NCBI GenBank assembly: GCA_965223415.1 | Contig: OZ245002.1 | Coordinates: 3,392,001 to 3,456,000 of the forward strand | Direction: 5' to 3' | DNA length: 64,000 bases | DNA from: Myxococcota bacterium | GTDB taxonomy: Bacteria > Myxococcota_A > UBA9160 > UBA6930 | In this document: positions 36,157-45,703 of the stretch, piece after piece | Numbering within the stretch: position 1 is the stretch's first letter | Layout: the number at the start of each line of letters is the position of its first letter | Notes under the pieces: model-generated | Told to the model about the DNA's origin: nothing | The model's database searches: none | What the model saw: the letters and a program-made list of their open reading frames with translations, nothing else | Position numbers and translations under genes: made by a program

Positions 36157-37859
36157 CGCGGACGCGCTTCGCCGCGGTCGCGATCGCTGTCGCCGCGTGC
36201 AGCCCTCCGACGCCTCCGCCGGAGAACGCCGCCGGGCGGCTCCTGATCCCCCACGACGCCGTCTGGCGCTTCCGGGCCGACGCCTCGTCGCAGCCGGGCT
36301 GGCTGGCCACGGACTTCGACGACGCCGCCTGGGCGAAGGGCCAGGCACCCCTGGGGTTCGGCGAGTCCGCCCTGCGCACGACCACGCCGAACCCGACGGC
36401 CCAGGAGCCGCCGGGCCAACGCCTTCGTCTGCGCCGCGGCTTCGAGCTCGCGGAAGGGCAAGAGCTCGCGGGCCTGACCGCCCACTATCTCCGGGACGAC
36501 GGGCTCCGGCTCTTCCTGAACGGCGTCGAGGTCCTTCGCCACGGGCTCCCGGCGGGGGAGCTCACCGCCTCCACGCCGGCGGCCCGCTCGGTGCACGGGG
36601 AAGACGAGGATCGCTGGGAGCGCCTCGCGATCCCGGCCGACGCGCTTCGGCCGGGCCGCAATGTCGCGGCGGCCGAGCTCTACCAGGATCGATCGTCCGG
36701 CGGCGATCTGCGCTTCGCCCTCGAGCTTCGCGGGCACCGCGTCGACGATCCGCCGATCCTCACCCGCGGCCCCTACCTCCAGCAGACGAGCCGCACGGGC
36801 AGCGTCGTCCGATGGCAGACGGCCCAGCCCGGGCAGGGCTGGGTCGAGGTCGGGGCGGCGCCGGGCGTTGCGGGAATTCGCATCGAGGAGAGCCGCCCGA
36901 CCCGAGATCACGAGATCGCCGTCCCCCTTCCGGCCGGGGCGCCCGCCTACTATGCGATTGGTGCGGGCGAGACGCGACTCGCCGGCGGCGACGCGCAGCA
37001 CGTGATCGCTCGCGCCGGTGAGGCGGTGCGCGTCTGGATCACCGGCGACCAGGGCTCCGCCGACGAGCGGGCGCGAACCGTCCTGGGCGGCATGCTCGCG
37101 GCGGTCGGAGACCGGATCCCCGGCGCCTGGATCACCCTGGGCGACAACGCCTATCCCTCGGGCAGCGAAGCCGAGCTGCAGGCGGCGGTCTTCGATACCT
37201 ATGCCGATCTCCTGCGCCGGACGACCCTGTGGCCCTCGCCGGGCAACCACGACCTGGTCAGCGCCGCGATTCGCGAGGACGAGGGCCCCTACTTCGACGT
37301 CTTCTCCCCGCCGACCGCAGGCGAGGCCGGCGGCGTGCCCTCCGGTCGCGAGCGCTGGTACGCCTTCGACTGGGGCCCTGTCCACGTCGTCTCCCTCGAC
37401 AGCGTGAGCGGCCACCGGCGGCTGGACTCGCCGATGCTGGCCTGGCTCGAGGCCGATCTCGCCGCAGCGGACGCGCCCTGGATCGTCGCCGCGCTCCACC
37501 ACCCTCCCCACAGCCGTGGCAGCCACGACGCCGAGCGCGAGGTCGCCACCAGCCTCGTGCGGGAGCGCATCCTGCCGATCCTCGAGGCCCACGGCACGAC
37601 AGTGCTCTTCGCCGGCCACAGCCACAGCTACGAGCGCAGCCGTGCCGTCGCCCCGCCGGTCTTCGTGGTGGCGGGCCACGGGAGCATTCCCGGTGACGGT
37701 CCCCTCGATCACCCGCTGATGGAGGTGTCCCGGGGAGGCGAGCTGGGCTCGATCCTGCTGGACGCTGACGCCTGTCGCCTCGAGGTGCGGGCGATCGACG
37801 AGACGGGAGAGGTCGTGGATCGCTTCTCGCTGGAGAAGCCCGCCCCTTGTGGTCGCTAG
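36153..37859 (+). CDS. Secreted purple acid phosphatase / metallophosphoesterase with N-terminal sugar-binding-like domain
   Basis: Lipobox-like VAAC; RGPYLQ, GDQG, LGDNAY, GNHD, HHPP, GHSHSYER; GTGA overlap. Confidence 0.85.
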   Translation: MTRTRFAAVAIAVAACSPPTPPPENAAGRLLIPHDAVWRFRADASSQPGWLATDFDDAAWAKGQAPLGFGESALRTTTPNPTAQEPPGQRLRLRRGFELAEGQELAGLTAHYLRDDGLRLFLNGVEVLRHGLPAGELTASTPAARSVHGEDEDRWERLAIPADALRPGRNVAAAELYQDRSSGGDLRFALELRGHRVDDPPILTRGPYLQQTSRTGSVVRWQTAQPGQGWVEVGAAPGVAGIRIEESRPTRDHEIAVPLPAGAPAYYAIGAGETRLAGGDAQHVIARAGEAVRVWITGDQGSADERARTVLGGMLAAVGDRIPGAWITLGDNAYPSGSEAELQAAVFDTYADLLRRTTLWPSPGNHDLVSAAIREDEGPYFDVFSPPTAGEAGGVPSGRERWYAFDWGPVHVVSLDSVSGHRRLDSPMLAWLEADLAAADAPWIVAALHHPPHSRGSHDAEREVATSLVRERILPILEAHGTTVLFAGHSHSYERSRAVAPPVFVVAGHGSIPGDGPLDHPLMEVSRGGELGSILLDADACRLEVRAIDETGEVVDRFSLEKPAPCGR

Positions 37860-38281
37860 TCGCCGACGGGCGTCTCGCGGCAGTGCAGGCTCGCGAGGAG
37901 GAGCGGCGCCCCGACGGCCAGCGCGACGACGGCGAACGGCATCGGCAGCTCGACGGACACCCCGAAGCCGTGCAGACGCTCGACCAGCCCCGGCACGGCG
38001 CGAACCGAGGGCTCGACGATCCAGGCGTAGTAGGCGGAGATCACGCCTACGGCGAGCCAGGAGCCGCCGCATACGGCGAGCTGGGGCCGCGGCGCGTGTC
38101 GCAGCAGGGCTTCCACAGCCAGGGCACAGGCCGCCGTGACCGCCGCTCCACCGACCATCGGGCCCGCCAGGGCCAGCGTTTCCGGGAGCGTCACCGCCGT
38201 GAGCCCGATCAACCAGCCGAAGGCGCCGATCCACAGGCCGGCCCGCGCGGCGCCGTGCAGCTCCCGGTTGGAGGCTTCCAT
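37856..38281 (-). CDS. Hypothetical membrane protein
   Basis: 141 aa with about four hydrophobic segments; fills the gap downstream of the MFS gene. Confidence 0.55.
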   Translation of the reverse strand: MEASNRELHGAARAGLWIGAFGWLIGLTAVTLPETLALAGPMVGGAAVTAACALAVEALLRHAPRPQLAVCGGSWLAVGVISAYYAWIVEPSVRAVPGLVERLHGFGVSVELPMPFAVVALAVGAPLLLASLHCRETPVGD

Positions 38282-38341
38282 GCCATCGCTTCGGCAGCCG
38301 GTCGCGAGTCCTCGACCCTCCGGGGGGTCGGTGCGCGGGTG

Positions 38342-39682
38342 TCAGCCCGGGTGGACCGGTCCGTCCGTGAGACGGGGGCCGATCACCGCGAGCACGGCGC
38401 CGTAGGCCACGCACAGGGCTCCGCCGAGCCCGATGGTGGCGGCGGTGCCGATCTCCGCCGCCAGGAGCCCCATTCCCAAGCCGCCGAAGGGCACGATTCC
38501 GCCCCAGGCCACCTGGAACAGGCTCATCACCCGGCCCCGCCGCGACTCGTCGACGATCTCCTGGATGAGGCGCTGGAGGTCGGTCATGGTGGCGAAGTAG
38601 AAGTAGCCGACGGCCACCTGCACGAGCAGCGCGACGACGGGCGTCGTGGAGAACGCGAAGCCGATCAGCGTGAGTCCGAAGGCCAGGGCGCGCAGGGCCG
38701 AGCCGCGCAGGGTCGGGAGGTCCAGCTGGTAGCCGCTGGTGAGCGCGCCGGCCATGGCGCCGATGCCGGTGGTGACGACGATCCAGGCGAACCAGCTCGG
38801 ATCCCCGAGCACCTCGTTGGCGAAGATCGGCGTCAGCGCCACGTGAGAGACGCCGAACAGCGACACCCACGCAACGGTGATCAGGGCGGGGAGAGCCGGG
38901 CGCCGCGCGCGGGCATGGGCGAGGCCGCTCTTCAGGCGCGCGAGGATGCCGCCGTCCTCGGCCTCGGGCTCGTAGGGCCGCGGGCGCATGCGGGCCGTGA
39001 GGAGCGCCGCGACGAGGGCCGCCCCCGTGAAGACGCCGAAGGCGATCTCGAACCGGGCGGCGGCGAGGAGCGGTGCGGCAAAGGCGGGGCCGAGCACGCG
39101 GGTCAGGTTGTTCGCCGTCGACTGCAGGGAGACCGCGCTGGAGAGATCCTCCTCGGGCACCGCGTTGGCGGCCAAGGCCATGCTCGCCGGGCCGGAGAAC
39201 GCGAAGCAGAGACCGAGGCCGAAGCCGAAGGCCTGGAGGAGCAGGGGCGTGGCGGCTCCAGACGCGGCGGTGGCGGCCAGGGAAGCGGTGACCACGGCGA
39301 CGCCGGCATAACAAGCCAGCACGATCCGCTTGCGGTCGAAACGGTCCGCCGCGACACCGGCCAGGGGCGCCAGGACGAACGCGGGGATGAACATCGCGAA
39401 GAAGAGCCGCCCCTGCTGGGTGGGATCGCTGGCGGAGAGGTGCGCCATCAGGCCCTGGAGCGAGACGTGGGAGATCCAGAAGCCGGTCTGGTTGACCAGG
39501 AAGGAGATGAAGAGCAGCCGGAAGCTCGGGTTGCGCAGGGCGCGGAAGGCTCGCCAGCGCGGCTGCTCGAGCAGGCGCGGTGCCCGCGCTGCCGGGACGC
39601 CCATCGCCACCGAGTCCGCCGGGTTCAGGGCGGCGTCGCCCGGGTTGGCCCCCAGGCTCTCCTCGACATGCGACTTGACCAC
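38342..39682 (-). CDS. MFS transporter (DUF894/DHA3-like)
   Basis: FRALRNPSFR, AGVAADRFDRKR, RGRVMSL; GTG 39682 with GGAG RBS (alternative ATG 39604). Confidence 0.88.
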   Translation of the reverse strand: MVKSHVEESLGANPGDAALNPADSVAMGVPAARAPRLLEQPRWRAFRALRNPSFRLLFISFLVNQTGFWISHVSLQGLMAHLSASDPTQQGRLFFAMFIPAFVLAPLAGVAADRFDRKRIVLACYAGVAVVTASLAATAASGAATPLLLQAFGFGLGLCFAFSGPASMALAANAVPEEDLSSAVSLQSTANNLTRVLGPAFAAPLLAAARFEIAFGVFTGAALVAALLTARMRPRPYEPEAEDGGILARLKSGLAHARARRPALPALITVAWVSLFGVSHVALTPIFANEVLGDPSWFAWIVVTTGIGAMAGALTSGYQLDLPTLRGSALRALAFGLTLIGFAFSTTPVVALLVQVAVGYFYFATMTDLQRLIQEIVDESRRGRVMSLFQVAWGGIVPFGGLGMGLLAAEIGTAATIGLGGALCVAYGAVLAVIGPRLTDGPVHPG

Positions 39683-40072
39683 GTGGGCTCCGCGAGCACC
39701 GGCTGACGGGCCGGCGCGGGCGGGGCCGGGGTCGGGCCGCAGGGCAGCCTGCCGGAGGGTGCCGGCCGCAACGGGTCCGACCCCCAAAAACCGAGCCGCC
39801 ACTCTAGCGTTCGTGAAAGAACCGGGCCTCTCTGCTCCCTGGGGGGTTGAAACCTGGCGCGAACTGGGTGATCGTGATCCCATCACCGACTCCCGGCTCG
39901 GACCTGGTCCCCGGGGGTGGCCGTGCCACGGGCAATCGGCCGATGGAGATGGGGGAAGTCGAGAGGATGCATACCGGGTGAGGCCATCGGGCCACCCACG
40001 GTTGGCAGATCGCCCGCGCGCTTCGGCGTGGCTGACGGGACGCGTTGCGGCATTGTGCCCCGCGGGTACCCG

Positions 40073-40101
40073 TGAACCACCGAGGGCTCGAGGGCATCTA
40101 A
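40073..40101 (+). promoter_or_regulatory. Candidate RpoE/ECF-type promoter TGAACC-N16-CATCTAA
   Basis: In the long intergenic region upstream of the sigma factor gene. Confidence 0.45.
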
Positions 40102-40255
40102 CGGACCGTGCGTTCGTCCCCAGTGGGCGAGCGTCGGGGCCTGGGGTGGGCCTGCTTCGTCTCGAGCGCCCCTCCGCGAGACGGACTCCCCGCCCCGCCA
40201 GTGATCCCCCAAGACAAAGGAACGACAGGCGCCCCTCAGGAGGGAACGAGGATCC

Positions 40256-41695
40256 ATGAGCCAGAAGCCGAACCAGGCAAACGAGCGACGTCGCCCCCGG
40301 CCCGCCCGGCGCTCCCTGCGCCGAGAGGACCGGTCGGCCAGCGGGCGGGAAGCCCCCGCCCGGCCGACGCGGGCGGAGCCGCCCGCGCGTCCGGTTCCGG
40401 CCCGAGAGGACCGGGACGTACGGCGCGAGCCCCTGGCCGCATACCTCGGCGACATCGCCCACATTCCGACGCTCAGCCGGGAGGAGCAGGTGCTCCTCGC
40501 GAAGGAGCTCGAGGCGGCGACCCACGCCTTCCGGGAGGGCCTCTACGGCCTGCCCTGGACCGCTCACGAGCTGGTCCGGATCTGGAAGGACACCCGCAAG
40601 GGCGGGCGCACCACGAGCCGGCTGTCCGAGTCCTTCGGCGATCGGGCCGCAGAGGCTGGTGAGCGGCTGGACGCGGCGATGGTGAAGCTCGAGCGGCAGA
40701 TGATCCGGCGCGACAAGCTGATGGCGGAGGGCGACGCCGACGAGGCGGTCATGCGCCGGCTCGATAAGCGTTCGGTGAAGCTGCTCCACGAGGCGGATCT
40801 CTCGATCGAGCTGCTGCGCCGCGTGCTGGGCGGCCTCGAGGCCCTGCGCCGCCAGCACCGCGGCCAGACCGGCCGGCTGGCGACCGCCGTGGGGCTCGAC
40901 ACGGCCGAGTACAAGCGGCGGGTCGCCCTGCTCGACGACGCCTTCGACCGCATGAGCGACGCCAAGAACCGCTTCGTCCAGCACAACCTGAAGCTGGTCG
41001 TCGTGGTGGCGAAGGACTTCCGGAACCTGGGGCTCTCCTTCCCGGACCTGATCCAGGAGGGGAACACCGGGCTGATCCGCGCCGTCGAGAAGTTCGACTG
41101 GCGGCGCGGCTTCCGGTTCTCCACGTACGCCGTGTGGTGGATCCGGCAGGCGCTGATCCGCGCCATCCAGAACCACTCGCGGACGATCCGCATCCCGAGC
41201 CATCACTACGACACGCTGCGCTGGTTCGACCAGACCAAGGCGCGGCTGGCGAAGGAGCTCCAGCGCGATCCGACCCACGCCGAGGTGGCCCACGAGATGG
41301 ACATCCCGGTGGATCGGGTCGAGGAGCTCGAGATAATGGCGGCGGAGCCCGTGAGCCTCGATGCCGAGGTGGCCGGCAAGGATTCGAGCCGGCCGCGCCG
41401 ACTCGAGCAGCTGGTGGCCGATCCGAACGCCGGAACGCCCATGGACGATCTGGACCGCAGCCGTCTCGAGCGCACCGCGCTCTCGGCGGTGGAGCGGCTG
41501 CCGGATCGCGAGCGCCAGATCCTGACCTGGCGTTTCGGGCTCGACGGCGGGCGCGAGCACACGCTCCAGGAGATCGGCGACAAGCTCGGGCTCTCGCGGG
41601 AGCGGGCCCGCCAGCTCGAGGCCCGGGCGCTCGCGCGCCTGCGCGAGGGCGACTCGGGGGCCGAGCTCGGCGAGCTGGCGCTCTCGACGGACTAG
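40256..41695 (+). CDS. RpoD/SigA-family sigma70 paralogue lacking region 1.1
   Basis: Region 1.2 [16 protein letters not shown]; region 2 [34 protein letters not shown]; region 4 [18 protein letters not shown]. Confidence 0.92.
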   Translation: MSQKPNQANERRRPRPARRSLRREDRSASGREAPARPTRAEPPARPVPAREDRDVRREPLAAYLGDIAHIPTLSREEQVLLAKELEAATHAFREGLYGLPWTAHELVRIWKDTRKGGRTTSRLSESFGDRAAEAGERLDAAMVKLERQMIRRDKLMAEGDADEAVMRRLDKRSVKLLHEADLSIELLRRVLGGLEALRRQHRGQTGRLATAVGLDTAEYKRRVALLDDAFDRMSDAKNRFVQHNLKLVVVVAKDFRNLGLSFPDLIQEGNTGLIRAVEKFDWRRGFRFSTYAVWWIRQALIRAIQNHSRTIRIPSHHYDTLRWFDQTKARLAKELQRDPTHAEVAHEMDIPVDRVEELEIMAAEPVSLDAEVAGKDSSRPRRLEQLVADPNAGTPMDDLDRSRLERTALSAVERLPDRERQILTWRFGLDGGREHTLQEIGDKLGLSRERARQLEARALARLREGDSGAELGELALSTD

Positions 41696-41701
41696 CGACG
41701 A

Positions 41702-41729
41702 CCCGGCCCGGGGGCGACCCCGGGCCGGG
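41702..41729. terminator. GC hairpin with GCGA tetraloop between convergent genes
   Basis: CCCGGCCCGGGG-GCGA-CCCCGGGCCGGG; no clear U-tract. Confidence 0.55.
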
Positions 41730-41738
41730 CTCTCGCGC

Positions 41739-42797
41739 TTAGCCCCGCAGCTCCGCCGCTGCGCGGCCCGTCGCCATCGGCAGGTCGAGGTAGCTGCGGA
41801 TGCCCGGCTCCGCGCGGCACGCGTCGGGGATCGCGTTTACGCAGTGCATCGCCGTGGCGATGATCCCGTTGTTCGGGTCGATCTGCTGCAGGTTCGGCGG
41901 GTGCAGGCCGTGGAAGGTGGTCTGGATGGAGGGCGTGCCCTCGATCTCGACCTCGAAGCGCTCGCCTTCCGGACCGAAGGTCCAGGCCGGCTCCAGGTTC
42001 TCCTGGCCCATGAACCAGTTGGTCCGCACGGTGACGGCGGGCTCGCCTCGCACGGTGCCGATCCAGCCGAACTTCTGGGCGGCGATCGTGCCGGTCTCCA
42101 TCGTGCCGACCGGCGTCTCGATCGGCTTCGTGGCGATGGCGATCTCGTGCTCCGTCTGCACCTCCTCGTCGAGAGCCATGCCGAGCGCCTTGGCCACCAT
42201 CTGGATCGACTGCTTGAAGCCGTGGCCCAGCACGCCGACCATCGGGCTCTTCGCCACGTCCTCCGGCGACTTCCCGAACATCATCATCTCCTTCACCACG
42301 AACTCGGTCTGGTAGGTGCGGATGTCCGAGAACTCCTCCGCCCGCACGTGGGTGACGTCGCGGCTCATGGCAGAGATCATCAGCGGGAAGCGCTCGGTGA
42401 TGCCGCCCGGGTGGATGCCCGTGCCGTGCAGCGTGGCACCGCCCGTCCGGCACGCGGCCTCGAGTGCGGCGGTGCCGTCCGACTCCGCCGGGAAGAACCA
42501 GTCGAGGGGCGTGACCACGTTCTTGCCCGACTCGAGCAGGCGGATCACCTCGTCGGGCTTTGCCATCACTGGGCTGTAGAGCACGCAGTCCGCATCCAGG
42601 GCGACCAGCGCGTCGACGTCGTTCGTGGCCGCGACGCCGCAGGGCGGGAGGCCGCAGATCTCCGCCGCGTCGCGCCCCACCTTCGCCTCGCGGCTGACCC
42701 AGCAGCCGACCAGCTCGAGCTCCGGGTGCGCGAGCACCCCTTCGATGCCCTGACGCCCCACGTTGCCCGTCGCCCATTGGATCACGCGATAGCTCAT
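41739..42797 (-). CDS. DapB-like / NAD(P)H-dependent amine dehydrogenase family protein
   Basis: VIQWATGNVG, LESGKNVV, GTGIHPG, ATAMHCVNAIP..C.A.PGI. Confidence 0.85.
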   Translation of the reverse strand: MSYRVIQWATGNVGRQGIEGVLAHPELELVGCWVSREAKVGRDAAEICGLPPCGVAATNDVDALVALDADCVLYSPVMAKPDEVIRLLESGKNVVTPLDWFFPAESDGTAALEAACRTGGATLHGTGIHPGGITERFPLMISAMSRDVTHVRAEEFSDIRTYQTEFVVKEMMMFGKSPEDVAKSPMVGVLGHGFKQSIQMVAKALGMALDEEVQTEHEIAIATKPIETPVGTMETGTIAAQKFGWIGTVRGEPAVTVRTNWFMGQENLEPAWTFGPEGERFEVEIEGTPSIQTTFHGLHPPNLQQIDPNNGIIATAMHCVNAIPDACRAEPGIRSYLDLPMATGRAAAELRG

Positions 42798-42862
42798 GGC
42801 ACGGCCTCCTCGTCTGCGGCCCGCCATGATACCCACGGGGCTGCCGCCTATGCTTGCGGGCC

Positions 42863-44689
42863 ATGAGGCCCGAGGCCGTCGCCGAGATCCTCCTGGTGCG
42901 GGCCGTGGAGGAGGAGCATCCCGCAGCGATCGAGCCGGGCCTGCTGGTGGACGCCCTCGAGGCGGCCGGCTCGCCCCGGGAGCCCCGCAGCTGGCTGGCA
43001 CGCCGGGCCGGCTGGCTCTGCGACCACGCCCTCGGGCGCTTCCATCCGCTCCTGGCCATGCCCCGCGCCGGGCTGGTGGCCGGCCCGCTGCTCCTGGTCG
43101 GGGCGTTCGTCGTGGGCGTGCTGACGAACTCCCTCGGGCCGACCGAGCGCATCCACGTCGTCGCGAACCCGATCGCGGTGCTGATCGTGTGGAACCTTGT
43201 GGCCTACGTGGTGCTGGCGATGGGCGGCCTCGGCCGAATCCTCGGGGCGCTCTCCCTGGGCGGAGCACGAACGCCTCGCGAGCGCCGCCGCCGGCGGGCC
43301 CCGGCCGCCCGTCCCTCCTGGCGGGTGCGCCTGGTGCGTCGGGCCGTGCCGGCCTTGTGGCTCTTCCTCCAGCGCGGCCGCTTCGAGGCCCAGGAGCAGG
43401 GCCGCGTCCTTCGCGACGTGGCCCGCGGCTTCTGGCGTCACTGGACTGAACGCGCCACGCCGGTCTTCGAGTGGAGCACCCGCCGCATCCTGCACATGGT
43501 GGCGATCGGCATCGCGGCGGGGGCCGTGGCCGGCACCTTCGTGCGCGGGCTCTTCTTCGACTACCACGTGGTCTGGCGCAGCACCTTCTTGCGCGAGCCC
43601 GAGGGCGCCGCCCGACTGCTCGACGTGGTGCTCGGGCCCGCCGCCTGGGCGACGGGGCAGGCGCTCCCCGGCGCCGAAGGCGTGCGGGCGATGATGGCGG
43701 CGGAAGGCGTGGACGCGGCGCCGTGGATCGTTCTCTACGCGGTGTCGGCGCTGCTGTGGATCGGCGTTCCGCGTGCCGTCCTCGCGCTGCATGCGAGCTG
43801 GCGCCTCGGTCGCCTCGGAGAGGAGATCGACCTGGGGCTCTCGGACGACTACACCCGGGCCTTGCTCGCCTCGGCGCGCACCCGCCAGAAGGGCCAGGTA
43901 GTCGAGCGCATCCAGGACGACGTCGAGCACCAGAGCCACCGCTTCGCCGAACGGGTGGGTCGCCACGTGGCCGAGTCCCTCTACGACGAGCGGGTCGTGC
44001 CGCGGCTGCGCCGCTTTCGCGAGGAGGGCGGGCGGCTGGCGGAGCTCGAGACCGACGTCGAGGAGCTGGCGCGGGACTACCAGCTGGAGATCGAGGAGTT
44101 CCTCGACGAGGCTCGCAGCGAGTTCGAGAGCCAGCTCGCGAAGGCCGTGATGAAGCGCCTCGATCTGGACGGCCCGGTGATTACCTCGCCCGGGGCGCTC
44201 CATGGCGGGGAGGTCGCGGAGCGCAGCGGCGCGACGGCGCGGGACGTGGGCCATCGGGTGGGCCTGCGGCTGACCGACCTCGTGGCCTCCGCCGTCTCCG
44301 CTGGCGTGGCCCTGGCGGTGGGCAGCTTGAGCGGTGGCTTCGGCAAGGTGCTCGGCACGGCCGTCGTCGTGGGCCTGCTCCACACGACCGGCCCGGTTGG
44401 CTTCCTGATCGGCGCCCTGGCCGGCCTGGTCGGCGCCGGCGGCGCCTACTGGCTGGGTCGCGACCGCGCCGCCGGCGCCGTGAAGCGCATCGCGCTGCCG
44501 GGCCTCGCCGTGCGCGGCCTGCTCGGCCAGGCGCGCTTCACCCGCCTCGTCGACGAAGGCCGCGAGACCTGCCGCCGCGCCGTCCGCGACCTCGTGCAGG
44601 AACGCCTCGACTCCCTCGCTCCGGAGATCGCCGAACGCATCTGGACCGACGTCAAACCCCTCGTCGGCGAACAGGCCCGCCCCGTCTGA
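42863..44689 (+). CDS. DUF2868-like membrane protein with long C-terminal helical extension
   Basis: ILLVRAVEE, RGLFFDYHVVWRSTFL, AAPWIVLYA...VPR; C-terminal coiled-coil-like region and glycine-rich hydrophobic hairpin. Confidence 0.65.
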   Translation: MRPEAVAEILLVRAVEEEHPAAIEPGLLVDALEAAGSPREPRSWLARRAGWLCDHALGRFHPLLAMPRAGLVAGPLLLVGAFVVGVLTNSLGPTERIHVVANPIAVLIVWNLVAYVVLAMGGLGRILGALSLGGARTPRERRRRRAPAARPSWRVRLVRRAVPALWLFLQRGRFEAQEQGRVLRDVARGFWRHWTERATPVFEWSTRRILHMVAIGIAAGAVAGTFVRGLFFDYHVVWRSTFLREPEGAARLLDVVLGPAAWATGQALPGAEGVRAMMAAEGVDAAPWIVLYAVSALLWIGVPRAVLALHASWRLGRLGEEIDLGLSDDYTRALLASARTRQKGQVVERIQDDVEHQSHRFAERVGRHVAESLYDERVVPRLRRFREEGGRLAELETDVEELARDYQLEIEEFLDEARSEFESQLAKAVMKRLDLDGPVITSPGALHGGEVAERSGATARDVGHRVGLRLTDLVASAVSAGVALAVGSLSGGFGKVLGTAVVVGLLHTTGPVGFLIGALAGLVGAGGAYWLGRDRAAGAVKRIALPGLAVRGLLGQARFTRLVDEGRETCRRAVRDLVQERLDSLAPEIAERIWTDVKPLVGEQARPV

Positions 44690-44696
44690 ATGAAGA

Positions 44697-44766
44697 AGCG
44701 GGGCCAGAGTTAAGAATTCAGTTACGCCCCTTGGGGCGTAACTGAATTCTTAACTCTGGCCCCGCT
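44697..44766. repeat. 70-bp palindrome, second copy of REPIN-like family B
   Basis: 66-bp core 44699-44764 identical to 30383-30448; between convergent genes. Confidence 0.95.
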
Positions 44767-44768
44767 CC

Positions 44769-45671
44769 TCAACTCGGGAGGGGGCGGAGGGGGAGGCGGG
44801 GGCCGCGGCGGGGGGCGTGCTTGCCGGCCGCATGGAGCCAGCGGACGACGCGGCCGCGCTGGCCGCGGAAGGGCTCGAGGAGCTCGAGCATGCGGGCGTC
44901 GTCGGCGCGCTCCTCGCCGGCCAAGCGCCAGGCGACGAGGTGCGGGAGGTTCCAGTCGCCGGTGGGGACCTGGTCCGGGAAGCCCAGGCCGCGGCCCATG
45001 ACCGAGGCGGCCGTCCAGGGGCCGAGGCCCGGGAGCGCCGTGAGGCGCGCGAAGGCGGGGTCTTCGTCCATCTCGCCAGCCTCCTCGAGGCGCGCGGCGT
45101 GGGCGCCCACCCGTCGCAGGGTCTCGCCCTGGCGCGCCAGGATGCCGAGGGCCGGGAAGACGGCCGGGGGGAGCCCCCGGAGGGTTTCCGCGGCCAGGGG
45201 TAGCCGCAGCTCGGGGAAGGGGCCCGGCGCCGGCTCGCCGAAGCGGCCGATCAGGTTCCGGAACGCCCGCTTCGCCTCCTTTCCCGAGACCTTCTGCTGC
45301 AGCACCGCCGGCACCAGCAGCTCGACGACCCGGTGCCCCTTCGCGAAGCGGATGCCCGGCCGGTGCCGCGCCAGGCGGCGGATCGGCTCCGGGAACGCGT
45401 CCGGCGGCGGCAGCTCGTCGCCGAGACCGAGCAGGTCCGGTGCCTGCTCGAGCAGCCAGGCCCCACCCGGGCCCCAGGCCCGGCACGCGAGGGTCGCGTC
45501 GCCCTCCCGCATCACGAGGAGCGTCCCCGGGCCCTCCGGCGTGCGGGTCGCGCGGGCCACGCCGGCGGGGCCGATCGCGGTGGTCGGGTCGCCGCGGCCG
45601 GCCGTCATCGGGCCGAGCGTGTTCGCGAAGTCGATCTCGCCGGCCAGCGCCAGGCGTCGCGTCTCGGGAAT
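44769..45671 (-). CDS. HhH-GPD DNA glycosylase (AlkA-like); start ATT 45671 or ATG 45608
   Basis: GDPT, RTPEGP, AVLQQKVSG, FGEPAPGP, LPGLGPWTA...D HhH-GPD motif. Confidence 0.85.
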   Translation of the reverse strand: MPETRRLALAGEIDFANTLGPMTAGRGDPTTAIGPAGVARATRTPEGPGTLLVMREGDATLACRAWGPGGAWLLEQAPDLLGLGDELPPPDAFPEPIRRLARHRPGIRFAKGHRVVELLVPAVLQQKVSGKEAKRAFRNLIGRFGEPAPGPFPELRLPLAAETLRGLPPAVFPALGILARQGETLRRVGAHAARLEEAGEMDEDPAFARLTALPGLGPWTAASVMGRGLGFPDQVPTGDWNLPHLVAWRLAGEERADDARMLELLEPFRGQRGRVVRWLHAAGKHAPRRGPRLPLRPLPS

Positions 45672-45703
45672 CGGAAACCTCCGCGGGCGTCACCGCCCCG
45701 TGG

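Noticed and set aside
40002..40018. Sigma54 promoter TTGGCAGATCGCCCGC upstream of the sigma gene
   Set aside because: GG-N10-GC spacing fits but the -12 element lacks TTGC/CTGC; likely chance at this GC content.
39683..40255. Known riboswitch, tRNA or housekeeping ncRNA in the long intergenic region
   Set aside because: I could not recognise any diagnostic motif by eye; an Rfam search is needed.
30373..44766. Palindromes as assembly fold-back artefacts or ordinary terminators
   Set aside because: Cores recur at independent loci with intact unique flanks, and stems of 34-42 bp exceed normal terminators. Read-level confirmation is still needed.
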